Assembly (NCBI GenBank): GCA_040752695.1
Contig: JBFMGO010000102.1
Span: 1-21,720 of the forward strand
Direction: 5' to 3'
DNA: 21,720 bases
Origin: a bacterium
GTDB lineage: Bacteria > SZUA-182 > DTGQ01
In this document: piece after piece, positions 1 through 7,710 of the stretch
Layout: each line of letters opens with the position of its first letter
Position numbering within the stretch: position 1 is the stretch's first letter
Notes under the pieces: model-generated
Databases searched by the model: none
The model's input: only the letters and a program-made list of their open reading frames with translations
Told to the model about the DNA's origin: nothing
Program-made: the position numbers and the translations under genes

Positions 1-795
1 CGCAGGTTCGAAGTGACAGCTCTTGGAAAATACCTCCAGACAGACTTTCCCGGCTCTATGCGTCCGTGGGTACGCTTTGTAGGTTCGGAGTGGCATTGGA
101 ATTTCTGGGGTAAGTTGATTGACATCGTCAAGACAGGAAAATCTGCCTGTGAACATTGTTATGGCGAGCGAATCTTTGAATGGCTCGACAAGAACCCGGA
201 ACCACGGGAAATCTTCAATGCGGCCATGAGCAGCCGTACGGAAATGGCGAATCAGGCGATTATTTCAGGATATGATTTTTCCCCGTTCGGCACTCTGGCC
301 GATATCGGGGGCGGCCACGGAGGCCTGCTGGCCGCCATTCTCAAAGCCAATCCGTCGATGAGGGGTATCCTCTTCGAGTTGCCGAATACTCTGGAAGGGG
401 CCAGTAAAGAGGCATTCTGGAATGATGACGGCCTTTTGCACCGCTGTGATTTTGTCAGCGGAGACTTTTTCGAATCCATACCGCCCGGTGCCGATGCCTA
501 TATCTTGAAGACCACTATCCATGACTGGCAGGACCCGGAGGCTGTTCAGATTCTCAGGAATTGCCGCCGGGCAATGGGAAAGGGGAAAATGATTCTCATT
601 ATGGAAATGATTATCCCTGATAATAACCAGCCCTTCCACGGCAAGCTTCTCGACCTTGAAATGATGGCCATGACCGGCGGCTGCGAACGCACGGTCAAAG
701 AGTATAAGGCAATCCTCGATACCACAGGCTTTAAACTGTGCCGCATCGTTCCCCTTGCATCCATGAACAGCATCATCGAAGGCGTGGCGGTGTAG
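1..795 (+). CDS. SAM-dependent O-methyltransferase (Methyltransf_2 / COMT-like family), 5'-truncated by the window edge
   Basis: Frame is open from base 1. Motifs: SAM-binding motif I LADIGGGHG, FEL(P), SGDFF, YILKTTIHDW, and C-terminal LDLEMMAMTGGCERT. Confidence 0.92.
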   Translation, partial: RRFEVTALGKYLQTDFPGSMRPWVRFVGSEWHWNFWGKLIDIVKTGKSACEHCYGERIFEWLDKNPEPREIFNAAMSSRTEMANQAIISGYDFSPFGTLADIGGGHGGLLAAILKANPSMRGILFELPNTLEGASKEAFWNDDGLLHRCDFVSGDFFESIPPGADAYILKTTIHDWQDPEAVQILRNCRRAMGKGKMILIMEMIIPDNNQPFHGKLLDLEMMAMTGGCERTVKEYKAILDTTGFKLCRIVPLASMNSIIEGVAV

Positions 796-857
796 AGGGG
801 GGGGATCGGTGGTTTAACCTTGTCGGTTTACCAGTGCCAGATTAACGCAACATGCGC

Positions 858-1283
858 TTATCCTATCCCTATCGTAAAAGCATCTACAAGCAATTGTATT
901 GCCTCGCGCATTTCCGGTTGTTGACGTTCCATGACTGCCGGGTCCCTGCCTGATTGCAGATATTCAAGTGCTATCATGTAGGGAGCATATAAAGCTTTGG
1001 CATCGCTCAAAAGGTAAGGAATGGGCGTTCCTACCAGTTCAAGAATGGTATCCCTGACTTCATGTTTAAGCTCGATCTGCCGGGAGGAGAATACGGCTTC
1101 TATATATCTGCTGGCAGTAGTGGAATCAAACGGTTTTAGCCGTGCAATGCAAAAGTCATTAACAGTATCCACCCGCCCCAGGGAATCCAGGGTTGATATA
1201 AGGTTGACCGATCCGCCAATGACAAACCGTGTCCGGGTATCCGGCGCGATGCGGGCGGCACGAAACCATCGATCGTCTAACGG
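858..1283 (-). pseudogene. Remnant of a P-loop/AAA (STAND-like) ATPase gene: internal fragment joined to an unrelated-looking C-terminal tail
   Basis: Frame is open 1283->858 after an in-frame TAA (1286-1284), with no ATG/RBS at the 5' end. It reads RWFRAARIAPDTRTRFVIGGSVNL...VNDF...LKPF...ILELVGTPIPYLL, resembling the post-Walker-B part of archaeal-type ATPases. Walker A and B are absent. Family assignment is by recognition only. Confidence 0.55.
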
Positions 1284-1303
1284 TTATTCAGGCACTATTT
1301 TTA

Positions 1304-1327
1304 TTGCGCAACAAATTTGTTGCGCAA
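1304..1327. promoter_or_regulatory. Perfect 24-bp palindrome (possible operator or hairpin)
   Basis: TTGCGCAACAAATTTGTTGCGCAA equals its own reverse complement; each end is itself the palindrome TTGCGCAA. Confidence 0.5.
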
Positions 1328-1339
1328 CAGTCTTGCTGC

Positions 1340-1368
1340 ATATTAAACAGAATCATTCAAAAAGTCAA
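1340..1368 (-). promoter_or_regulatory. Putative sigma70 promoter
   Basis: Minus strand TTGACT (1368-1363), 17-bp spacer, TAATAT (1345-1340). Confidence 0.4.
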
Positions 1369-1510
1369 GTGAGTTTTTTCATGGGGTAGGTGTATGTTAC
1401 GGGAAAGGATGCGATTTTTCACCCTCTGCGAAATTGCTAAAAGAGTATCCTCCGATAACAAGGGTACCGCTCATATGTGGCAGGCAACACACCTTCTAAA
1501 AGAGTCCAAA

Positions 1511-1560
1511 GATTTCGTCATTTCCGCGAAGCATGCCCCCCCGCAGCTTTAAGCGGGGAG
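1511..1560. repeat. Degenerate REP/dRS3-like element copy
   Basis: GATTTCGTCATTTCCGCGAAGC...CCCCGCAGCTTTAAGCGGGG shares the GTCATT(C/T)CCGCGAAG core with the copies at 1638 and 2463. Confidence 0.55.
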
Positions 1561-1637
1561 TTTTTAGTACAACGAGACATTATCCAAACTCTCGCAGAGA
1601 TGCGGGTCTTTCGGGTAAAGCAAAAAGGGCAACATTT

Positions 1638-1707
1638 GTCATTCCCGCGAAGGCGGGAATCTAGGCTTTTCAAGGGCTTCTGGATTCTAAGCCTTCACAG
1701 GAATGAC
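1638..1707. repeat. REP/dRS3-like palindromic element (hairpin doublet)
   Basis: GTCATTCCCGCGAAGGCGGGAATC (ATTCCC-N8-GGGAAT at 1641-1660) with a degenerate inverted arm GGATTCTAAGCCTTCACAGGAATGAC (1682-1707). Confidence 0.75.
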
Positions 1708-1750
1708 GTTGATGCAGTGTGCAAACCCGCCGCTTCTGTGGCACAACCCG

Positions 1751-2305
1751 TTACAGAAGAGGAAGAAGGGCGCTGGAACCTAAATAAACAGGGAGTATAC
1801 CGTTTGGAAATGCTCCCGGAATAGCGGCTAGAAACCCTATAGCTGCTGGATTGGCCACTGGAATAAAATCTGAAATAAAGCTTGAAGAGGTCACCGGCAA
1901 TGTTGCGTAGTCTGCTGGAAGGGTCAAAACCTTAATTGATCCGTTTGATTTTATTAAGCTTGGAGGGGGCCAAAAATCGACACCACCAATTGGATCAAAA
2001 TAGGCCATACCCAGGGGTGTATTATAAAGAAGCCATGGGTAGCTTAGTGATGGGTTCCACGTTAATCCGGGTTCAACGGGCAAGATAGTAGATTTGGTTA
2101 ATTCAGTTACTATTGGGACCGGCACCCCGGCAGCATCAAGAGGTGATAGAACCGACGGCCATAAAGGCCATAAGGTATTATAAGGTGGCAAGGCTGCCCA
2201 GTTTTGTGCATAAGCTGTGGATGTGGGTGAATACGTTAAGAATAAAGCAAACGATAAAGTGACCGTTATGAAAAATAACCGTGAGAGCCTCTTCTCGATC
2301 ATCAT
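1751..2305 (-). CDS. Secreted Pro/Trp-rich hypothetical protein
   Basis: ATG at 2305 preceded by AAGGGG (ORF track extends to TTG 2326). Basic N-terminus, hydrophobic helix and AYA|Q signal-peptidase site. Mature part starts QNWAALPPYNTLWPLWPSVLSP. No recognisable domain. Confidence 0.75.
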   Translation of the reverse strand: MMIEKRLSRLFFITVTLSFALFLTYSPTSTAYAQNWAALPPYNTLWPLWPSVLSPLDAAGVPVPIVTELTKSTILPVEPGLTWNPSLSYPWLLYNTPLGMAYFDPIGGVDFWPPPSLIKSNGSIKVLTLPADYATLPVTSSSFISDFIPVANPAAIGFLAAIPGAFPNGILPVYLGSSALLPLL

Positions 2306-2462
2306 TTTGGAAATTCCCCTTTCCAATCCGCAAAGCAGTTCTAAAGGATTTCAACGTATGTTTTCAGCATGCTCTGAGCTTTTGCTCTTTTCTCCCTTTT
2401 CATCTCCTTTCTCTTATTTTAATATCTTCGCTCATATACAGTAGCCACCACACCCCTTCTTT

Positions 2463-2487
2463 GTCATTCCCGCCTTCGCGGGAATGA
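2463..2487. repeat. REP/dRS3-like palindrome, inverted relative to the copy at 1638
   Basis: GTCATTCCCGCCTTCGCGGGAATGA; ATTCCC-N8-GGGAAT at 2466-2485; its spacer GCCTTCGC is the reverse complement of GCGAAGGC at 1647-1654. Confidence 0.75.
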
Positions 2488-2832
2488 TGAAATTTGATGT
2501 CTTTTATAGTCGGTGTGTTGTCTGATAAATATGAGCGAATATTTTTGAATATGCCTGTTGATTTATTAAGGCAAGATTGGTACCAGTGAAATGAGTACAA
2601 GACCATTAGAAGAAAGTAATTATTCTCCTAATTATGAGTAGTACTGCCTGATTATCACCTTAACAGGTATAAAAACAATATACTTTATCCTACAAAATAT
2701 ATAGAGATTTCATAACCCCTATGACGCCAAAATTAAAAGAAATGGCAGCCGAAAATGAGAATCAAAGCCGGTATTCATTCTCCGGCAGGCTGCTGGCATC
2801 CAGTATTCAGACATCCAACTTTACCATCAACT

Positions 2833-3660
2833 TTACCGTATCCCTGCACCCCGCAATGAAAAATTCAAGGTCACTTCGATCAAGATGGAATCCTCCGGCA
2901 TGCTGCCGGGGAAAGGGGGAAAAGGGTTTCCATCCTTTACCGCGGCCAAGGCCGCATTATCTAATAGATCGATCCGGGAGCTCCGGATTACCTGAATCTG
3001 CTCCACCCGTCCGTCACGGTGAAGAAGGAACTGGACATCGACATTTCCTTCCCATCCCATCCGGACAGCCAGAGGGGGGAACTTTTTGTGTTCATCAATA
3101 TGACGATGGATCATTCTCTGATAGGCCAGGGTCTGGTCAAGATGCTCATAGGCGACTTTGGCCTGAAGCGGAATCCGGGGAAGAGAGCCAGGCGCAATCT
3201 GACCGACTACAGCCGAACCGCCGGACCGGCCTGAAGAGCCGGACCAGGGTACATAAAGCCCTCCATCGGAGCGGTCTTTGGAATTGGAGAGAGGAACAGA
3301 AAGTTTTTCCACTGCACCGGAATTAAGTGCTTTTTCACTGTCAATGAGTGGCGCGGGCGATGTCTGCGAAAAAGCAGGGTTTATGGGCGCCGGTGACCTG
3401 TCTGCAACTTTCATGTTCCGCGCCTGAGAGAGAGGCTTGGGACGCAGGTAAGGCTTGGGAATATCCCTCGGCGGCTGGGCTTGTCTTGTGGTTTGATTAT
3501 CTTCTTTCAAAGGCATGGCCCGTAAGTCCACTTCGAACAAAAGATCAGAGGCGCGCAGATGTACCCATCGGCCCGCAGCCAGGAAGGAAATCGTATGCAG
3601 TACAAAGGAAAAGAGAAGAAAATATCTTATGGTATGGTTTTTTGTTTTTTTTCTCGGCAT
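2833..3660 (-). CDS. tonB: Energy transducer TonB
   Basis: N-terminal TM helix with SxxLH motif (SFVLH), Pro-rich linker, and TonB C-terminal domain (KKFPPLAVRMGWEGNVDVQF...RSSRIDLLDNAALAAV...PFPPFP). Lies downstream of exbB-exbD. ATG 3660 preferred over TTG 3675. Confidence 0.9.
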   Translation of the reverse strand: MPRKKTKNHTIRYFLLFSFVLHTISFLAAGRWVHLRASDLLFEVDLRAMPLKEDNQTTRQAQPPRDIPKPYLRPKPLSQARNMKVADRSPAPINPAFSQTSPAPLIDSEKALNSGAVEKLSVPLSNSKDRSDGGLYVPWSGSSGRSGGSAVVGQIAPGSLPRIPLQAKVAYEHLDQTLAYQRMIHRHIDEHKKFPPLAVRMGWEGNVDVQFLLHRDGRVEQIQVIRSSRIDLLDNAALAAVKDGNPFPPFPGSMPEDSILIEVTLNFSLRGAGIR

Positions 3661-3700
3661 TTGTATTCCCAACACTCAAAAGCAACTCTGTCTCAATGAT

Positions 3701-3758
3701 CGTTTCAAGATCTCATGCGTTTCAAGATCTCACTCGTTTCAAGACCTCTGGCGTTTCA
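3701..3758. repeat. 17-bp tandem repeat (~3.4 copies) between exbD and tonB
   Basis: CGTTTCAAGA(T/C)CTCnnn units start at 3701, 3718, 3735 and 3752 (partial). Confidence 0.85.
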
Positions 3759-3772
3759 CCATATTTTGTCAT

Positions 3773-4177
3773 CTAAAGATCTCCGTCCGTAGCGATGCAA
3801 AGTCTCTCTGCACCGGCTTTCCTGGCGATATCCATCACTTTAACCGCCTTGTTCAGGATAATTCCCCGATCCGCTTTGACAATGACCAGCTTATACTGGG
3901 CATTTGCAATCATCCCGGCCAGACGGCCATACAACTGGCTCTCATTCAGTTCTTCCTGCTGGAGAAAAATCCTTCCCTCCTTGGATATAAAAACCGTAAT
4001 CTCCTCATGGGTTTGGGCCGCGGTCGCCCTGGCCTGAGGAAGTTTTACCTGGATACCCTCAGTAGTTACAAAATTAGTGGTAAGAAGGAAAAAAATCAAA
4101 AGTTGAAAGACAATGTCTATCATGGGCGTCATATTCATTGAGGCGTCAAGCCTCCTTCGGTAACTGATTTCAATCAT
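3773..4177 (-). CDS. exbD: Biopolymer transport protein ExbD/TolR
   Basis: NMTPMIDIVFQLLIFFLL TM motif with the conserved Asp; VKLPQA; VIVKAD...VKVMDIARKAG. Confidence 0.95.
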   Translation of the reverse strand: MIEISYRRRLDASMNMTPMIDIVFQLLIFFLLTTNFVTTEGIQVKLPQARATAAQTHEEITVFISKEGRIFLQQEELNESQLYGRLAGMIANAQYKLVIVKADRGIILNKAVKVMDIARKAGAERLCIATDGDL

Positions 4178-4274
4178 AGCCTTATTCCATTTCCACTTTT
4201 TGATTAGGTTTGATCTATCTGCTTCATATGCTCCATACTATCAGATATTCATTGCTCATACCGCTGTTTCTTAT

Positions 4275-4323
4275 ACAGTCTGCTTCTCACACGATACAGA
4301 GACAGTCTGCTTCTCACACGATA
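4275..4323. repeat. 22-bp direct duplication (27-bp period) spanning the exbB stop codon
   Basis: ACAGTCTGCTTCTCACACGATA at 4275-4296 and 4302-4323; further TGCTTC(TC)A-like copies nearby (4220, 4324). Confidence 0.85.
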
Positions 4324-4943
4324 TGCTTCTCATGCAATACTTCCAGAAGCTCCACCGAGGAATCCTGCATGTCATGGCTGAAATTCTCCACCTTCCCGAC
4401 CAGGTAATTATAGGCCACAACCGTAGGCAAAGCCACGGCCAGCCCAAAGGCGGTGGTCAGGAGTGCCTCCCAGATTCCCCCGGCCAGGACACTGGCATTG
4501 ACTTTTCCCCCTAATTGCTGAATGACCATGAAGGCTTTGATCATTCCGGTCACCGTACCGAAAAGTCCCAGCAAGGGGGCGATATTCCCTATGGTAGCCA
4601 GAGTGGGCAGATAGCGGTCAAGGTCCCGCAGTTCCTGCTGACCAGCATGAGAGAGAGCCTTTTCTATTTCCGCCAGGTTCTTGCAGCATCCGCTGTAATG
4701 AGACTTTTCAATTCCCTTGGCCAGGATATTTCCGATAGGCCCCTTAGTCTGCTTGCACTCCTTGAGTGCATCTTCTACTCTCCCTTCCTTGATCAACTCC
4801 TTGATCTTATCCAGAAAAAGTGGGTCCTTGAGCTGCGCCCGATGAAACCGGAACAGCCTCTCGGAGATTACAGCTACAGAAACCAGAGAACACAGAACGA
4901 TTGGTATAACTAATGGTCCGCCTTTCATCAAAAAGCTAATCAT
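4314..4943 (-). CDS. exbB: MotA/TolQ/ExbB proton channel protein
   Basis: LATIGNIAPLLGLFGTVTGMIKAF and LAGGIWEALLTTAFGLAVALP TM motifs; purine-rich RBS upstream (AAGGAGAAGGA). Confidence 0.95.
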   Translation of the reverse strand: MISFLMKGGPLVIPIVLCSLVSVAVISERLFRFHRAQLKDPLFLDKIKELIKEGRVEDALKECKQTKGPIGNILAKGIEKSHYSGCCKNLAEIEKALSHAGQQELRDLDRYLPTLATIGNIAPLLGLFGTVTGMIKAFMVIQQLGGKVNASVLAGGIWEALLTTAFGLAVALPTVVAYNYLVGKVENFSHDMQDSSVELLEVLHEKHIV

Positions 4944-4966
4944 ATTTCCTTCTCCTTGAAATTAAG

Positions 4967-5130
4967 GTCTTATCAGGTATCGCCTTATCCAGCCGCTGCC
5001 TTATCAGGGAATGCCTTGTCAGATATCGCTTTGTCAGAGTAAGCCGTTGGCAGATGATGCCTTGCCAAGTCATTGCCTTATCAGGGCATTGCCTTATCAA
5101 GTCATTGCCTTATCAGGTAATGCCTCACCG
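4967..5130. repeat. Degenerate 15-16-bp tandem array (~11 units) between the repeat-protein gene and exbB
   Basis: GCCTTATCAG-core units start at 4967, 4982, 4998, 5013, 5028, 5043, 5059, 5075, 5091, 5107 and 5122. Confidence 0.85.
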
Positions 5131-5139
5131 GGCTATGTA

Positions 5140-7287
5140 TTACTGAGTGAGATTGTCGATCTTATCAGCGACTCCGTCATGGTTTGTATCTTGTTTGCGG
5201 CAGGTTACTGCTTCAGTGTGATCGTAGTATTCCCAGAAATCAGCTTTCCCGTCGTGGTCTGTGTCTTCCTCGATATGCTCAAGTTTTCCGGCCTTGTAGA
5301 AGATCCAAAGGTCTGTCCGGCCATCCTGGTCCTTATCTTTTTCCCCTCTGACCGGATGCTCCTGCTCATCGTAACACCAAGTAAGTTCGAACTTGCCGTT
5401 TTCATCCTCATCCTGTTTGCTTTGGATCATTTTCCCGGCAGGTGAATAAATTTCGGTAGTGTCCATGCGGCCGTCAAGGTTGGTATCCATTTCCTTGCTC
5501 TGGATTACCTTCCCCTGGTAATGCCAGCAGATATCAGGTTTTTCGTCCCCGTTGGAGTCCTGCTCCTTGCGAATAAGTTCCCCCTTCTGGTAAAAATCCC
5601 AGCTATCCACTTTACCGTCTGTATCGCTGTCCTGCCATGCCTTGCTGATTTTGCCCTTTTCATACTCAGCCCAAAGATCTATGGTGCCATCAAAGTTTGA
5701 ATCCTGGCGGCTTTTTTTCGGGAGCTCGTTTGCATCAAGCTCCACCCAAATATCGATTTTTCCGTCTTTATTGCTGTCCTCCTGCTGCTCGACAGCTTTC
5801 CCGTTCCGGTACTGTATCCAGAGATTGACCCTGCCATCACCACTGGTATCCATCTCCCTTTTTTGGGGAACCCCTTTGGCAAAGGTGGTGAAGCTGTCCA
5901 TGCGGCCGTCCCCGTCCTGGTCCAGAGTGCTCCTTTCGACCTGCCCCTGGCTGTCGAAGAAGATCTCAAGATCGATCTTCCCATCTTTATTTTCATCAAG
6001 GGTCTGGCGACGCAGTCTTTCATTCTCATAGTAAGAGACGCGATCGAAGATCAAGCCCTTGCCTGAATCCTTGTCCAAATCAATGGCCGAACCCTTACCC
6101 GAACCCTTGGCCGAACTCTTGCCCGAACCCTTGGCCGAACTCTTGCCCGAACCCTTGGCCGAGTCCTTGGCCACGTCTCTGGCCGAATCCCTGGCCGTGC
6201 CCTTGACTTCGCCCTTGTCCGCGCCCCTGTTCAGGCCCTTGTCCGTACTCTCGACCATGCCCTTGGTCAAATCCTTGCCGGTTGCCTCTTCCATCCGGAT
6301 AATCCGTCCTTTCTCAAAGAAGCTTCGCTGATCAGTTATGCCATCGAAATCGGTATCCTGCTCACTTCTGGCAAGTTTTTCGTCTGCATCGAACCAGAGC
6401 CACTGATCGGCCTTTCCATCCTCGTTCTTGTCCTGCTCCTGCCTGGCCAGTTTTTCCTGCCGGAAATAATCCCATACATCCATGTGTCCATCGGCGTTGC
6501 TATCACGCTTCTGGAGCTCAAGCACGCCGTTCTTATACTCGCCGACAAGATCCTCCCGGCCATCGAAATTGCGGTCCTGTCTGCTTTCGCGAATATTTTC
6601 GTTTGCATCAAAGAAGACCCGTCCATCTACTTTTCCATCCTCGTTCTGATCGCGTTCCTGCCGGTCGAGCTTCCCCTGCTTAAAGTAATCCCAGGTGTCC
6701 ATTGTACCGCTGGCATTCGTATCCCGTTGAACCTCGGAGAGCTCGTTCCCCCGGTATTTCTTGACCTGGTCGATTTGTCCATTAAAGTCACGGTCGATTT
6801 TCTCCAGTACAGGCTTTCCCTCCTTATTGTATTCGATCCAAAGGTCCGGCTTTCCATCGCGGTTTTTATCACTGCTTGTGGCAGTCAGTTTCTCGTTCTC
6901 CCCCAGTTGAACCCAGTGATCAGGGGCACCGTCGCCATCCTGGTCATGCTCCTGTCTGGTCCGGACGCCATTTTCAAAATAATCCCAGGTGTCCTTTTGC
7001 CCGTTAAAGTCAGTATCCCTGATCATGGTAAGGATTTTTCCAGCCTGATAGGTTTGCCAGTTGTCGATTTGGCCATCAAAATTGGAGTCTATTTCAACCC
7101 TCTCCAGATCGCCCCGATCGCTGTAGTAACCCCACAGGTCCGGTTTACCATCCTGGTTTTTATCCTCAGCATGTGGCTTCTGGGACTTGGCAGGTGAATC
7201 GGTACGTATTTTGGCAGATGAACAGGTATAAAAAGTGACAATCAAACCAAAGACCATAACCAAGCAAAGAGGTAACTTCCTTCTCAT
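5140..7287 (-). CDS. Exported 715-aa repeat protein with 24 Dx[DN]xDGxxD (Ca-binding-type) repeats and a central low-complexity insert
   Basis: N-terminal signal peptide (MRRKLPLCLVMVFGLIVTFYTCSSA). 23-24-aa repeats of the form D-x-[DN]-x-D-G-x-x-D-x-W-x-x-[YF]: 12 before and 12 after a Gly/Ser/Lys/Asp-rich insert. RBS GGGAG upstream. Confidence 0.9.
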   Translation of the reverse strand: MRRKLPLCLVMVFGLIVTFYTCSSAKIRTDSPAKSQKPHAEDKNQDGKPDLWGYYSDRGDLERVEIDSNFDGQIDNWQTYQAGKILTMIRDTDFNGQKDTWDYFENGVRTRQEHDQDGDGAPDHWVQLGENEKLTATSSDKNRDGKPDLWIEYNKEGKPVLEKIDRDFNGQIDQVKKYRGNELSEVQRDTNASGTMDTWDYFKQGKLDRQERDQNEDGKVDGRVFFDANENIRESRQDRNFDGREDLVGEYKNGVLELQKRDSNADGHMDVWDYFRQEKLARQEQDKNEDGKADQWLWFDADEKLARSEQDTDFDGITDQRSFFEKGRIIRMEEATGKDLTKGMVESTDKGLNRGADKGEVKGTARDSARDVAKDSAKGSGKSSAKGSGKSSAKGSGKGSAIDLDKDSGKGLIFDRVSYYENERLRRQTLDENKDGKIDLEIFFDSQGQVERSTLDQDGDGRMDSFTTFAKGVPQKREMDTSGDGRVNLWIQYRNGKAVEQQEDSNKDGKIDIWVELDANELPKKSRQDSNFDGTIDLWAEYEKGKISKAWQDSDTDGKVDSWDFYQKGELIRKEQDSNGDEKPDICWHYQGKVIQSKEMDTNLDGRMDTTEIYSPAGKMIQSKQDEDENGKFELTWCYDEQEHPVRGEKDKDQDGRTDLWIFYKAGKLEHIEEDTDHDGKADFWEYYDHTEAVTCRKQDTNHDGVADKIDNLTQ
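6056..6286 (-). repeat. In-frame 12-bp minisatellite encoding (S/D)xKG-type tetrapeptides
   Basis: Plus-strand units such as GCCCGAACCCTT / GGCCGAACTCTT; translates as KDSAKGSGKSSAKGSGKSSAKGSGKG. Confidence 0.85.
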
Positions 7288-7710
7288 CTTTCTTCTTCTC
7301 CCGGCGTAATAATGGCTTAATTTTCAGCTCGAAAGCAAAAATTTTAACCTGCTGGCAACGGTATACCAGCGTAAAAATTTCCAGCCTGAAAGCAAAAAAG
7401 CCATGAAAAGTTTCCTCCGGTATTTTCTTGCCGGAAGAAGCCTTCATGGCTTCGACTTCTTTTCCTCTGCACTACCATGTAATTGATCTGGCAGTGCACT
7501 GGTCACTATTTTTTAAAAATAGTAATAATATAAGTGTGCGTAATACTATCGATAAAAATTAAACTATGACTGCTACAAGCGGAATAAAACCCTTTCCGGT
7601 TCTCAAAGAGTAAATGGGAATCTTCTTGATCCCAATTCCCCGCTAACAGACAAATTGACTATACTTTTGCATTTTTCAGTAACTGATTGAAATATCAATA
7701 GAAATTGATA

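Noticed and set aside
800..1281. Complete integron gene cassette around the ATPase remnant
   Set aside because: GTTAAAC occurs at 838-832 on the minus strand, but there is no matching RYYYAAC or attC hairpin after the stop codon.
1477..1824. 115-aa ORF
   Set aside because: Runs through the REP/dRS3-like repeats (SFPRRRES is the translated palindrome) and overlaps the opposite-strand gene.
2833..4943. Tol-Pal system (tolQRA)
   Set aside because: No tolB or pal downstream, and the third gene has a TonB-type C-domain with a Pro-rich linker rather than TolA's Ala/Lys helical domain.
4967..5130. Possible CRISPR array (also considered for the arrays at 3701, 12988, 18787 and 21398)
   Set aside because: Units are 8-17 bp, directly abutting and degenerate, with no unique 25-45-bp spacers and no cas genes in the window.
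5140..7287. RHS/YD toxin or RTX adhesin
   Set aside because: Lacks the RHS core and PxxxxDPxG motif, a toxin tip, an immunity gene, and GGxGxD nonapeptides; it has a Sec-type signal peptide.
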